Shown here one piece after another: positions 17,795-27,093 of a stretch of DNA of 64,000 nucleotides. The number at the start of each line of letters is the position of its first letter. Position 1 is the first letter of the stretch. A model generated the notes under the pieces. It was not told where the DNA came from. It saw only the letters and a list, made by a program, of their open reading frames with translations, and did no database searches. Location of the stretch: contig JBGUJU010000099.1 in assembly GCA_045114065.1 (NCBI GenBank), forward strand, positions 9,579 to 73,578, written 5' to 3'. The stretch is from Sodaliphilus sp. (GTDB lineage Bacteria; Bacteroidota; Bacteroidia; Bacteroidales; Muribaculaceae). The translations under genes were made by a program, and so were the position numbers.

Positions 17795-19477
17795 ATGCTT
17801 TTCAGGAAAAAATACACCTCGGTAAAGGCAGACTTTGAGAAGTTCCTCAAAGACAATAATTGTACCTATACCATCAACCAGGAGGAAAACGACACCACCA
17901 TCTACAACTTTGAGTTCCAGGCGGGAAAATTTGTTGCCGCCATTCGCAAGCAGGATGATTGCGTTGAGATTACTTACCCCTGCATGGCTTCAGCACCCAT
18001 GATCCAACTACCGCTTGTCAGGTCTAAATGCAACGACCGCAACAACAGCAACATTCTGTTCAAGTATTCCTACTCCATCGACAATGAAGCAGGCGAGGTC
18101 AATGTGCACATGTCCTTCTTCAACAATCAAGTGACTACCGACAACATGGTTCACCAGCTCAAGGCGGCTTTCCACTTCCAGCGAGAGTGGCAGCGCGACT
18201 TTGACGAGGCGCTGTCCATCAGCAAGGACTATGACACCGTCGACCTGGAGAGCGAACTCTACAAGCATCACCGTGAGATGTTCATGTTGAGGAGGCTGGA
18301 ACTTCGTCACCAGCTCGACAGCAGCGCTGCCAACATCGCCATCGGCATCGACAAGCTGCCGTTGTGGAAGATGCTTGACACGATTTCCCCGCTGCCCAGC
18401 GCACGCCTGCTGTTCATGACCGTTAACACCGTGAACAGCCAGCTACGCCTTGAGGATGAGCAGGAAATCCGCAATTTTGACCTGCGCCGTGCCCTTGTTG
18501 AGGGCGAAGGCCAGCAGGCACGACTCGCGAGAGACTATGCCGTGCTCGACCTGCATTACAAGTTAGGTCTTGACGAGAAGCCCATGATGACCACCATCAG
18601 CATCACTGCCGAGGGTGAAGACGATCAATCCATCTACTCTCGCGTCACCATCACCCATGTGCCACGCAATGCCAGCCGCGCCCATTCGCTGAGCAACGAG
18701 AATCGCCAGCCCCACAGCATCTCAATGCTCATTGCCCTGGACCGCCGCGATGACAAGCAGCACCAGCAGGAGTTTGAGTACATGTGGACCGACGCCCAGC
18801 TCAAAGCCCGCAACGGTGAGAAAGATAGCCTTACCGATGACCAGCTGCTGCTGGGCCAAGTCAGGGTCGCCGACGTGGCCTACAACATGTACTGGGGAGT
18901 GCAGATGTTCAATAGCGGACGCTACTATGAGGCGATACTGTATCTGGAGAACGTGTTCAACAGCTATCGTAGCGACTTCTTTGAGATGGGCTCCGAAGGC
19001 AAGCGTCTCTTCATGGAGGCAGCCTACAAGCTCGGCTTCTGCTACAATGAATTGGGACTGCCCAAGCAGGCATTTTACTACCTTGACCTCATGGCAAGCG
19101 ACGGCAACATCCGCCACACCATGGAACTGGTCAACTCGATGGCCAACAGCAAGGACCTGCGCCTGTTCAGCTACACCGAGGGTGTAATGGATGAGATAAA
19201 ACGCAACTTTGATGATAATGAAGAACTGCCCGACAATATCAGGTCGTTCATGAACTTCATCCGTCGCCGTCGCGGCTATGCCTACATCGACTTCAACCAG
19301 CTCGACCAAGCAGAGAAAATCTTCACCCAGATGCTCGAGGAGGAGGAGAATGCCGACTATGCCATCAACGAGCTGGCCTATATCAAAAAGCTGCGTCAGC
19401 TGCGCGGCGAGGAGATCACCACCAAGGGGGACGATGAGTTGCCCAGCGTCGGTCCCACCGATGCGCCGCCATTCTGA
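17795..19477 (+). CDS. Hypothetical protein with a TPR-like C-terminal half
   Basis: Long ORF with host-like codon usage. The start is chosen at MLFRKKY; the ORF track gives an alternative start at 17720. The N-terminal ~110 aa look YbjN/chaperone-like, but this is weak. The C-terminus has TPR-like helices (YYEAILYLENVF.., AYKLGFCYNELGLPKQAFYYL, GYAYIDFNQLDQAEKIF). Confidence 0.7.
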   Translation: MLFRKKYTSVKADFEKFLKDNNCTYTINQEENDTTIYNFEFQAGKFVAAIRKQDDCVEITYPCMASAPMIQLPLVRSKCNDRNNSNILFKYSYSIDNEAGEVNVHMSFFNNQVTTDNMVHQLKAAFHFQREWQRDFDEALSISKDYDTVDLESELYKHHREMFMLRRLELRHQLDSSAANIAIGIDKLPLWKMLDTISPLPSARLLFMTVNTVNSQLRLEDEQEIRNFDLRRALVEGEGQQARLARDYAVLDLHYKLGLDEKPMMTTISITAEGEDDQSIYSRVTITHVPRNASRAHSLSNENRQPHSISMLIALDRRDDKQHQQEFEYMWTDAQLKARNGEKDSLTDDQLLLGQVRVADVAYNMYWGVQMFNSGRYYEAILYLENVFNSYRSDFFEMGSEGKRLFMEAAYKLGFCYNELGLPKQAFYYLDLMASDGNIRHTMELVNSMANSKDLRLFSYTEGVMDEIKRNFDDNEELPDNIRSFMNFIRRRRGYAYIDFNQLDQAEKIFTQMLEEEENADYAINELAYIKKLRQLRGEEITTKGDDELPSVGPTDAPPF

Positions 19478-19492
19478 CAATCAGACTAGTCT

Positions 19493-19537
19493 AAAAGAAA
19501 AGCAACAAGTACAATTGATTGTACCTGTTGCTTTTCT
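19493..19537. terminator. Bidirectional hairpin between convergent genes
   Basis: Stems agcaacaagtaca and tgtacctgttgct (12/13 paired), flanked by an A-run and a T-run. Confidence 0.7.
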
Positions 19538-19568
19538 TATATCCTGTATTGCGAAATCTGGTGATTTT

Positions 19569-20486
19569 TTAAGAAGTGTGGTGGAGGGCGGTGCCGAAGT
19601 AGCGAGGAATCGGCGTCTCGTAGTATAAGGCCTCGCCAGTTACGGGATGATGGAATGCCAGACGGAAAGCATGCAGGCACATGCGGCTGCCGGGGTCTTC
19701 CTGACCTCCGTACTTGCCGTCACCCACAACGGGATGACCGATGTCAGCCATATGGACACGAATCTGGTTCTTGCGGCCCGTCTGCAGATGCAAGTAGAGC
19801 AACGCGCGGTCCTCGGCCTGTTCGACAAGTTCCCAATCGGTGGCAGCCCACTTGCCGCCATCGTCGACGGGACTGCTCACGACAACCATACGGTCGGTAT
19901 CGTGCAACCAGCTCTCTACTCTACCCTGCGGCTGCTCCATAACACCCTCGACCACAGCGACATAGCGGCGGTCAATGATAGTGGCATGCCAGTCGGCAGT
20001 CATCTGCTGCTGGACGTCAACACTCTTAGCATAGACCATCAGGCCCGATGTGCGGGCATCCAGGCGGTGCACCACATGGGCAGTGCATCGCTGACGTGTC
20101 TCGGTAAAATGCTGATCTAGTAACGTCTTCATGTTCAAGCTGCCAGCACCTACGGGCATCGACAATACACCTTGCTGCTTATCAACCACCACAATCCATT
20201 GGTCCTCATAGATGATGCGGAAATGCTTGTTGTTGGCCGACGAAGGACGTGCATGGCGACGAATCTTCACTATACTGCCCTCATCGAGGGGATAATCTAC
20301 GTGGGTCTGCACAAGGTCATCGACAGTGACGCCACCATGTGCGAGAATGGACTTGGCCTTGTTGCGGCTGATGCCGTCAAGGACTTGCATGACAAAGTCA
20401 AGCAACTTGGCAGGTTGCTTGACCTCGCGCACGACAGCTTTGTCATCGTTGCGCGGTACCCTGTGATCGTGTCGGCGATTGGCCAT
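19569..20486 (-). CDS. RluA/RluD-family pseudouridine synthase with N-terminal S4 domain
   Basis: S4-like region (LLDFVMQVLDGISRNKAKSILAHGGVTVDD). Catalytic motif HRLDARTSGLMVYAKS. Confidence 0.9.
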   Translation of the reverse strand: MANRRHDHRVPRNDDKAVVREVKQPAKLLDFVMQVLDGISRNKAKSILAHGGVTVDDLVQTHVDYPLDEGSIVKIRRHARPSSANNKHFRIIYEDQWIVVVDKQQGVLSMPVGAGSLNMKTLLDQHFTETRQRCTAHVVHRLDARTSGLMVYAKSVDVQQQMTADWHATIIDRRYVAVVEGVMEQPQGRVESWLHDTDRMVVVSSPVDDGGKWAATDWELVEQAEDRALLYLHLQTGRKNQIRVHMADIGHPVVGDGKYGGQEDPGSRMCLHAFRLAFHHPVTGEALYYETPIPRYFGTALHHTS

Positions 20487-20509
20487 AATTTTCTAATGCT
20501 ATTAAGTAA

Positions 20510-20540
20510 TTAAGGACCTTAATGTCTTTAAAGTCCTTAA
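20510..20540 (-). terminator. Hairpin downstream of dnaJ
   Basis: Stems ttaaggac (20510-20517) and gtccttaa (20533-20540), 15-nt loop. Confidence 0.5.
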
Positions 20541-20547
20541 TCTGGTT

Positions 20548-21726
20548 TTAATCAAAGATGTGACGCAGGCGGGAGAAGATGCGGCTCTTGTCACTATCGG
20601 TGGGCTTGACATGCTCGCCGGCATTCTGCAACATAGTGATGGCTTCTTTCTCCTTGTCATTGAGTTTCTCGGGCATATAGACCATGACATTGATGAGCAG
20701 GTCGCCCGTTCCATAACGCTCGGGTGAGGGCAAGCCCTTGCCACGCAGGCGCAGGATGCTGCCAGGCTGTGTGCCGGGCTTGATGGTCACGCGGGCCTTG
20801 CCGTCAACGGTAGGCACCTCGACCTTGCCACCGAGCACAGCGGTGGGGATGTCAAGCATCAGGTTGTAGATGAGGTCATTACCATCGCGGGTGAGATGGG
20901 CATCGCGCACTTCCTCAATCACTACGAGCAGGTCACCGGGAACACCGCCACCAGGAGCGTCATTACCCTGGCGAGCCATGCGCAGGGTCATGCCATCGGC
21001 AACGCCTGCGGGTATGTTGATGCTCACCACTTCCTCCTTGCGAACCAGGCCCTTGCCACCGCAATGCGGGCAGGTCTCCTTGATGCGCTTGCCGCTACCG
21101 CCGCAGGTGTGGCAGACACTCTGGGACTGCATCGTGCCGAACATCGTGCGCTGCATGCGCACCTCAACACCCGAGCCCTGGCAGGTGGGACAGGTCTCAA
21201 ATGCTGTGCCGTCCTTGGCACCAGTACCGTGGCAGTGGTCACATGACTTCATTCGGGGGATGCGCAGTTTCTTCTCGGAGCCCTTGGCAATCTCGGGAAG
21301 CGTCATCTTGACACGCACGCGCAGGTCCGAACCGCGCTTTACACGCTGGGACTGACCGCCGCCACCGCCGCCAAAGATGTCACCAAAACCTCCAAAAGCG
21401 CCACCGAAGCCGCCGAACAAGTCACCGAACTGCCTGAGGATATCCTCCATCGACATGCCGCCGCTGAAACCGCCGCCACCCATCTGCTCGCCTGCAAAAC
21501 CAAACTGGTCATAGCGGGCACGCTTATCAGGGTCGCTGAGCACGTTATAAGCCTCGGCAGCCTCTTTGAATTTCTCCTCGGCAGCCTTCTTCTCGGCATC
21601 GCTCTTGCCTTGCTGCTTGTCGGGGTGATACTGGATGGCAAGTTTGCGGTAGGCCTTTTTCAGGTCATCGGCGGTCGCATTCTTCTCCACCCCAAGTACC
21701 TCATAGTAATCTCTCTTCTGAGCCAT
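20548..21726 (-). CDS. dnaJ: Molecular chaperone DnaJ
   Basis: J domain ([32 protein letters not shown]), G/F-rich linker, and four CxxCxGxG zinc-finger repeats. Confidence 0.97.
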   Translation of the reverse strand: MAQKRDYYEVLGVEKNATADDLKKAYRKLAIQYHPDKQQGKSDAEKKAAEEKFKEAAEAYNVLSDPDKRARYDQFGFAGEQMGGGGFSGGMSMEDILRQFGDLFGGFGGAFGGFGDIFGGGGGGQSQRVKRGSDLRVRVKMTLPEIAKGSEKKLRIPRMKSCDHCHGTGAKDGTAFETCPTCQGSGVEVRMQRTMFGTMQSQSVCHTCGGSGKRIKETCPHCGGKGLVRKEEVVSINIPAGVADGMTLRMARQGNDAPGGGVPGDLLVVIEEVRDAHLTRDGNDLIYNLMLDIPTAVLGGKVEVPTVDGKARVTIKPGTQPGSILRLRGKGLPSPERYGTGDLLINVMVYMPEKLNDKEKEAITMLQNAGEHVKPTDSDKSRIFSRLRHIFD

Positions 21727-21734
21727 ATATCTTA

Positions 21735-21762
21735 TTAGTTTCTAGTCCTTAGTCCCTAGTTT
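21735..21762 (-). repeat. 7-bp-period units (sense strand GGGACTA-type) in the grpE-dnaJ spacer
   Basis: The plus strand reads ttagttt ctagtcc ttagtcc ctagttt. The sense-strand leader reads ..ctagggactaaggactagaaactaataagatatATG. Confidence 0.8.
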
Positions 21763-21781
21763 TTGTCAAGTTTACCCTTAA

Positions 21782-22363
21782 TCAGTTGCCAACGACAACC
21801 TTGGCGTAACGCAATACCTTGTCGTTGATCATATACCCTTTCACTGCAGTGTCAATGACCTTGCCCTTCATCGAGGGGTCTGGTGCGGGGAACATAGTTA
21901 CCGCTTCATGGACATCGGTATCAAAGTCCTTGCCCGTCGATTCAATGGCAATGACGTGCTGACTCTCAAGGTATTTCACAAATTTATTATAGATGAGGTC
22001 AACGCCCTCCTTGAGGCCATCCAGGTCGCCACCCTTATTGATGGCATCCAAGGCACGCTCCAGGTCGTCAACCACGGGAAGGAGTTCACGCATGGCACGT
22101 TCAGCTCCATTCTTGATGAGTTCGGCTTTCTCGTTGAGTGTGCGTTTACGGTAATTATCAAACTCTGCGAGTTTGAAAGCATATTCCTTCTTCTGGTGCT
22201 CCAGTTCGGCCTCCAGTTCGGCAATCCTCTTCTCGGGATTTTCCTGTTCGGTATTCTCGTTCTCACTGGCTTGCTGCTCAGCATTCAGAGCCTCCTGGTC
22301 CTGAATTTCCTGCTGTGTGGCTTTTGCCTCGTCGTTTTGTTTCTTCTTGTTATTTTTAGACAT
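21782..22363 (-). CDS. grpE: Nucleotide exchange factor GrpE
   Basis: Acidic coiled N-terminus, then a GrpE core (FDNYRKRT..E.., LLPVVDDLERAL, ..VLRYAKVVV). Located upstream of dnaJ. Confidence 0.95.
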   Translation of the reverse strand: MSKNNKKKQNDEAKATQQEIQDQEALNAEQQASENENTEQENPEKRIAELEAELEHQKKEYAFKLAEFDNYRKRTLNEKAELIKNGAERAMRELLPVVDDLERALDAINKGGDLDGLKEGVDLIYNKFVKYLESQHVIAIESTGKDFDTDVHEAVTMFPAPDPSMKGKVIDTAVKGYMINDKVLRYAKVVVGN

Positions 22364-22427
22364 ATCGTTGTTGTGTTAATACTCGTTTTACTGAATGGAT
22401 TGTTGCAAAAACCACTCCAAGCCGCCC

Positions 22428-23249
22428 TTATCGCAGTGGTAGGACAAAGGTGGCGCAATCGGCAAAATTGTCAGCCGCAGCCTCTGCCAGTTTGTCACTA
22501 TTGAAAATGCCGAAAACCGTTGAGCCTGAACCCGACATGGCTGCATAGAGTGCCCCCGCATCAAGCAAGTTGGCCTTGATGAGCCACAATTGAGGCAGGA
22601 CGGCAAATACGCTGGGCTCAAAGTCATTGACCAGCAAACCGTCCCATGTCTCGACGGGTTGGGAAACAGTCGTCATCAGGTTGACTGTCGCCGGTGCAGG
22701 AACGACACGGCTATAGGCGGCGCGGGTATCCACTCCGACGGGTGGCTTGACCAGCAACAGGGTCTTACCCTGGAGCGAGACCTCGACAGGTGACATCACG
22801 TCACCGATGCCTGTCGCCAGCATCGGGCGATTGTAGATGAAAAAGGCACAATCAGCCCCCAATGTGACTGCCATTGACGCCAGCTCTTGATCACTCAGCT
22901 TCAAATCAAACAATTTGTTGAGCATCAACAGCGCATGAGCAGCATCGCTGGAACCGCCACCCAAACCGGCTCCGTCTGGAATGTGCTTGTAGAGATGCAT
23001 CGCAACAGGTGGCAGGTCATAACGTTCCTGCATCATGCGGTAGGCACGCATGACCAGGTTCTTCTCCACAGGGCAATCGACAGCGTTGCCATAGCAAGTC
23101 AATGTGGTCTCGCCACTGGCAGGTACAATCTCCAGTACGTCGGTGAGAGGGACAGGATAAAAAACGGTCTCAATATTGTGATAGCCGTCTGGACGACGCT
23201 CTACGATGTTGAGGCCCAGATTGATTTTAGCGTTAGGGAATGTGATCAT
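22428..23249 (-). CDS. ispE: 4-(cytidine 5'-diphospho)-2-C-methyl-D-erythritol kinase
   Basis: MITFPNAKINLGLNIVERRPDGYHNIETVF.. and the GHMP motif PDGAGLGGGSSDAA. The internal start at 23249 avoids overlap with cls. Confidence 0.92.
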   Translation of the reverse strand: MITFPNAKINLGLNIVERRPDGYHNIETVFYPVPLTDVLEIVPASGETTLTCYGNAVDCPVEKNLVMRAYRMMQERYDLPPVAMHLYKHIPDGAGLGGGSSDAAHALLMLNKLFDLKLSDQELASMAVTLGADCAFFIYNRPMLATGIGDVMSPVEVSLQGKTLLLVKPPVGVDTRAAYSRVVPAPATVNLMTTVSQPVETWDGLLVNDFEPSVFAVLPQLWLIKANLLDAGALYAAMSGSGSTVFGIFNSDKLAEAAADNFADCATFVLPLR

Positions 23250-23259
23250 GTCATTGAAG

Positions 23260-24708
23260 TTACAGGATAGGGCTGATAAGGCGGACAACGGACTCAAGCG
23301 CCTTTTGGATAACGGGGCGCTGTTTCCACTTGCCCAGGGACAGACGTGTGGAGTGTTCCATATCCGAGAAGAAGATATCTTTCATCTTCTGGTTCATTTC
23401 TTTGCTGTAGAACAGCGCATTAATCTCGAAGTTGTGCTCAAAGCTGCGGAAGTCAAAGTTGGTAGAACCTGTCGTGACAAATTCATCATCGACGATGACC
23501 ACCTTGGCATGAATGACGGTCGGATCATACAGGTATATCTTAATTCCGGACAGCAGGCATTCCTTGATGTAGGAACCTGTGGCAAGACGCAACATGGCAG
23601 AGTCCGTCTTGCGGGGAATCATCAACCTCACATCGACCCCAGCCAGTGCTGCACTCTGCAAAGCCTTGAGCAGAGAGTCACTAGGGAGGAAATAGGGTGT
23701 CTGGACATAGACACACTGCTTGGCAAGGGTAATGGCCTTCAAGAATACAAACGAGATATTGTTCCAGCGGTTAGTAGGCCCACTGGTCATCATCTGGACC
23801 AGATGATTATGAGGAGCCGACGGATCGGCATGGCGAATCGTGGGCGACGTGAGCAACTCATGGGTGGTAAAGTCCCAATCGATAGCAAAGGAGTATTGCA
23901 ACGCCGTTACCGCATTGCCCGAAATGCGCAAGTGGGTGTCACGCCAGGGTTTCCAATTCTTGTCACCGATAACATATCGGTCGGCAATGTTCATGCCACC
24001 CAAATAGCCCACGTTACCGTCAATGACAACAATCTTGCGGTGATTGCGCCAGTTTACACGGAAGGCAAAGGTCATGAGTGTCAATTCAAGGAAGGCATGC
24101 ACCTCAATGCCGGCCTCACGCATCTGTTTCAACAAACGGGGACTCATATAGAACGAGCCGACATAGTCATAGAGCACCCTGACCTTCACGCCCTCACGGG
24201 CCTTCTCCATGAGCAGATTGATCAATTCGGCACCCGTCTTGTCATTCTCAATGATGAAGTATTGCAGATGGATATAGTCGCGTGCTGCACGGATATCTCT
24301 TTTCAACGCCTCGAACTTGTCATACCCTGTCGTGAATACATCAATCTCGTTACCCTCGAACAGATGGGGGCGGGCCAGCTTGTTGGCCAACGAGATGAGC
24401 TGACGAGAATCATGGGACAACTTATCACCCGGATCGGCTGGATCGGGCAGTTCGCTCATGCGGCGCAATTCTCGCAAATGGGATTTTGATATCAGAATCA
24501 TACCCTTCAGACTGCGACCGAAGATGAAGTAAATCAACAGACCCAGTACCGGCAAGAGCACAAGCACCAGCACCCATGCCATCGACTTAACCGGGTTGCG
24601 GTTCTCGCTGAGCACCAGCACGATCACTGCCAGCACAGTGAGAAAGTACAACACCAGCAAGACGTTGTACACAATATTGGCGTATGGGAACAACTCGGCG
24701 AGAATCAT
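23260..24708 (-). CDS. cls: Cardiolipin synthase (PLD superfamily)
   Basis: Two N-terminal TM helices and two HKD motifs (NHRKIVVIDGNVGYLGGMN; IHAKVVIVDDEFVTTGSTN). Confidence 0.93.
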   Translation of the reverse strand: MILAELFPYANIVYNVLLVLYFLTVLAVIVLVLSENRNPVKSMAWVLVLVLLPVLGLLIYFIFGRSLKGMILISKSHLRELRRMSELPDPADPGDKLSHDSRQLISLANKLARPHLFEGNEIDVFTTGYDKFEALKRDIRAARDYIHLQYFIIENDKTGAELINLLMEKAREGVKVRVLYDYVGSFYMSPRLLKQMREAGIEVHAFLELTLMTFAFRVNWRNHRKIVVIDGNVGYLGGMNIADRYVIGDKNWKPWRDTHLRISGNAVTALQYSFAIDWDFTTHELLTSPTIRHADPSAPHNHLVQMMTSGPTNRWNNISFVFLKAITLAKQCVYVQTPYFLPSDSLLKALQSAALAGVDVRLMIPRKTDSAMLRLATGSYIKECLLSGIKIYLYDPTVIHAKVVIVDDEFVTTGSTNFDFRSFEHNFEINALFYSKEMNQKMKDIFFSDMEHSTRLSLGKWKQRPVIQKALESVVRLISPIL

Positions 24709-24808
24709 AATCTCATTCTTTTAAACAATAACGGACGTGACACAGTCACGCCCATTTATTCAATTCTTCTCAACAGGAAGACAGTGCTGTAGCACCGTAT
24801 TATACGAT

Positions 24809-25117
24809 TCAACGCACCACCACCTTGCGAGACCACTGGTTACCGCACCTGACGATATAGAATCCTTTAGGAAACTCTACAGACACACGCTGGTCGGCAC
24901 CCACGCGAACTACCTTGACAAGTTGTCCTGTGATAGAATATACATTGAAAGAGGCGTCACTATTGCCCGCAGTGAAGACAATGCGCCCCTCTGCCCCCTG
25001 AGCGATGGGACCACTGGTGGTCTCGGTGCGCTGGGGTAAGAAGTTGTCGGGCACCGGGACGGCTTGTGTCATTCCCACTGCCAACAGGCAAACCAATATG
25101 TAAAGGATGCGCTTCAT
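24809..25117 (-). CDS. Small secreted protein that is essentially a signal peptide plus a T9SS C-terminal sorting domain
   Basis: MKRILYILVCLLAVGMTQA signal peptide. Tail pattern ..FNVYSITGQLVKVV..VEFPKGFYIVRCGNQWSRKVVVR. The start is supported by the -7 box at 25145. Confidence 0.7.
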   Translation of the reverse strand: MKRILYILVCLLAVGMTQAVPVPDNFLPQRTETTSGPIAQGAEGRIVFTAGNSDASFNVYSITGQLVKVVRVGADQRVSVEFPKGFYIVRCGNQWSRKVVVR

Positions 25118-25144
25118 CTTACGTCTTCGTTCTGTTTCAATCTG

Positions 25145-25152
25145 CAAAGGTA
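25145..25152 (-). promoter_or_regulatory. -7 box TAnnTTTG (minus strand)
   Basis: Plus-strand caaaggta is tacctttg on the minus strand, ~27 nt upstream of the ATG at 25117. Confidence 0.45.
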
Positions 25153-25334
25153 CATCGTTTTCTTGAAAAGCCAAAGCACTTTGCGCGATTTTTACACTTT
25201 CTTAGACTAATAGATGCCGAATAAGTTAAAGAATCAACTCAATAATTAACAAGAATTAATGAATATCCTTTCACCTGAACAGTCAAGCAGGATACCGAAG
25301 ACACCTCGCCACAGTAACCCGATGAAGGCAGAGA

Positions 25335-27077
25335 TCAATGAGGAATGAACTTGCCGATTTTGGTCGTCAGTTTTTCGCCCAACAGCTTGCGAGCCATCTG
25401 TTTGACGGATCCAGAGCCTGTGGCTAAAGTACTGCGCAGGATGTGGATAGCATCACTCTCGTCATCGCTATCGGTAAAGACCTCAAACACAACGGGGCGC
25501 TCTTTAGGTTCTGGGCTGAAGAAAGCATCACACACAGCAAGGTATTCCTCCTTGGTGCTGGCGGTCATGTATTCATATCCCAAGTCTTGGGCATAATGCT
25601 TGACCAATTCGGGCGACTTGTTGCCAAAGTGTCCTGCAGCGGCAACGAAGAGGTCGCCTGCGGCACCGAACTTGGAGGCAGGATGGTCCGAATTATGGAA
25701 CTCGGTACCGCGACCATTGTTGACAAGCATGATGCGCACATTCTTGCCCACATGCCTGTTGCCCAGCACATTGATATCATAGAAGAATGCCAGATCACCT
25801 ACTACGGCAAAGTATAGTTTTTCGGGATTGACCAGCGAAGCGCCAATGAGTGTCGACACATCGCCATCAATGCCAAAGCCGCCCACATTGCAGGCAGTTG
25901 TCACCCCCTTGGGGATATCAAAGAAGTTCCAACTGCGCAATGAGTTCAAGATACCCACATGCAGTGTGGACCCATCAGGCACTTTGGAAGCACTCTGCTG
26001 GGCAATCCACACATTGGAGAACGGCAACTCGGGAAGCGCCTCCAGCGTCTGTCGCTGATAATCTCGGCACATGTCCAAATAACCTGTACGCGGCTCAGCA
26101 TCAGTGATATAGTGTCTGAAGAAAATCTCTTCCTCCATCTCAAAGACGTGAGTCAACCTCTTGAAACGGTCACGCAGCTCACCATCGGGACTGACACGCC
26201 ACACTCGGTCAGCAACCAGCAGGTTCATCGAGTCATCACCACTCACTTCTCCGATGTGAATCATCAGGTTAGGACGAATGGGTTCTTTATCCCAATTGAA
26301 CTGCAAGCCGATTAATGCCGGGTGGAACTCATACTTGCCACGGTATCCACCTGTCACGTCCGAGAACACAACTGCATCATGGCTGGCGCAGAAGGCATCG
26401 ACGGCCTCGGTCAGCTCAGGGCTAAACGGCTGATGAGAGCCTACAAAAACCACGATCTTCCCTTCCTTGGGCAATTCGGGGAACTCTTCGTGGGGCATGA
26501 TACGACTGATGACCCGGGTTGGCGGCAATTCCTGCAAAGAAAAGTTCTGGTTATAGGCTGTCTCCAAGTTGATGTGTACCGGGCCTCCGCCATGACGATG
26601 AAGTGCAAGCAAGGCCTTATTAGCCTTGATCTCACAGTCCCATTCCTCGTCTTTGGAACGTACCATATTCAGGAATATGCTGTCAACGACCATGTCAGCC
26701 ATCTGGCTAGAACGGTCTATCACCTGAGGATTCAGATGCCCAACTCGCATCGGGTTCTGGGTAGAAGTCACTGCCAGAATCGGGAGTTTGCGGTAATAGG
26801 CTTCGGTAAGACCCGAGGCATAATTCCTTGATGCCGTGGCGCCCGTGCAGGTCAGCACAACAGGTTCACCACTCTCGCTGGCGATACCGCAAGCCAGATA
26901 GGCAGCCGACCGCTCATCCACCGAGGAAAATACCTTGAAGAACGGGTCATTCTGAACACTGACGACAAAGTTGATATTTGTTGTACCCGGCGAGGCTATC
27001 ACATAACGGATGCCATGGGTCTTGAGCAGTGCGACCAGAATCTGCACATTGCGCTCAGCAGAATAAAATAGATCCAT
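25335..27077 (-). CDS. Thiamine-diphosphate-dependent enzyme (acetolactate-synthase/YerE-like fold)
   Basis: N-terminal TPP pyrimidine-binding region (IRYVIASPGTTNINF..ERSAAYLACGIA). C-terminal TPP motif GDLAFFYDINVLGNRHVGKNVRIMLVNNGRG. Confidence 0.8.
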   Translation of the reverse strand: MDLFYSAERNVQILVALLKTHGIRYVIASPGTTNINFVVSVQNDPFFKVFSSVDERSAAYLACGIASESGEPVVLTCTGATASRNYASGLTEAYYRKLPILAVTSTQNPMRVGHLNPQVIDRSSQMADMVVDSIFLNMVRSKDEEWDCEIKANKALLALHRHGGGPVHINLETAYNQNFSLQELPPTRVISRIMPHEEFPELPKEGKIVVFVGSHQPFSPELTEAVDAFCASHDAVVFSDVTGGYRGKYEFHPALIGLQFNWDKEPIRPNLMIHIGEVSGDDSMNLLVADRVWRVSPDGELRDRFKRLTHVFEMEEEIFFRHYITDAEPRTGYLDMCRDYQRQTLEALPELPFSNVWIAQQSASKVPDGSTLHVGILNSLRSWNFFDIPKGVTTACNVGGFGIDGDVSTLIGASLVNPEKLYFAVVGDLAFFYDINVLGNRHVGKNVRIMLVNNGRGTEFHNSDHPASKFGAAGDLFVAAAGHFGNKSPELVKHYAQDLGYEYMTASTKEEYLAVCDAFFSPEPKERPVVFEVFTDSDDESDAIHILRSTLATGSGSVKQMARKLLGEKLTTKIGKFIPH

Positions 27078-27093
27078 AATATCAAATTATAGA

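Noticed and set aside
21330-21480. GC-rich repetitive nucleotides (ggc/gcc runs) inside dnaJ.
   Set aside because: They encode the normal Gly/Phe-rich linker of DnaJ ([29 protein letters not shown]). This is not a separate repeat element.
22428-23297. Apparent 38-nt overlap between the ispE ORF (track start 23297) and the cls stop (23260), which could suggest a frameshift or fusion.
   Set aside because: The conserved IspE N-terminus (MITFPNAKINLGLNIV) begins at the internal ATG at 23249. That start leaves a clean 10-nt gap, so no anomaly is needed.
24737-25039. 100-aa plus-strand ORF between cls and the ThDP-enzyme gene.
   Set aside because: It overlaps the minus-strand ORF, which has a clear signal peptide, a T9SS-type tail and its own -7 box. 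The plus-strand translation has no features.
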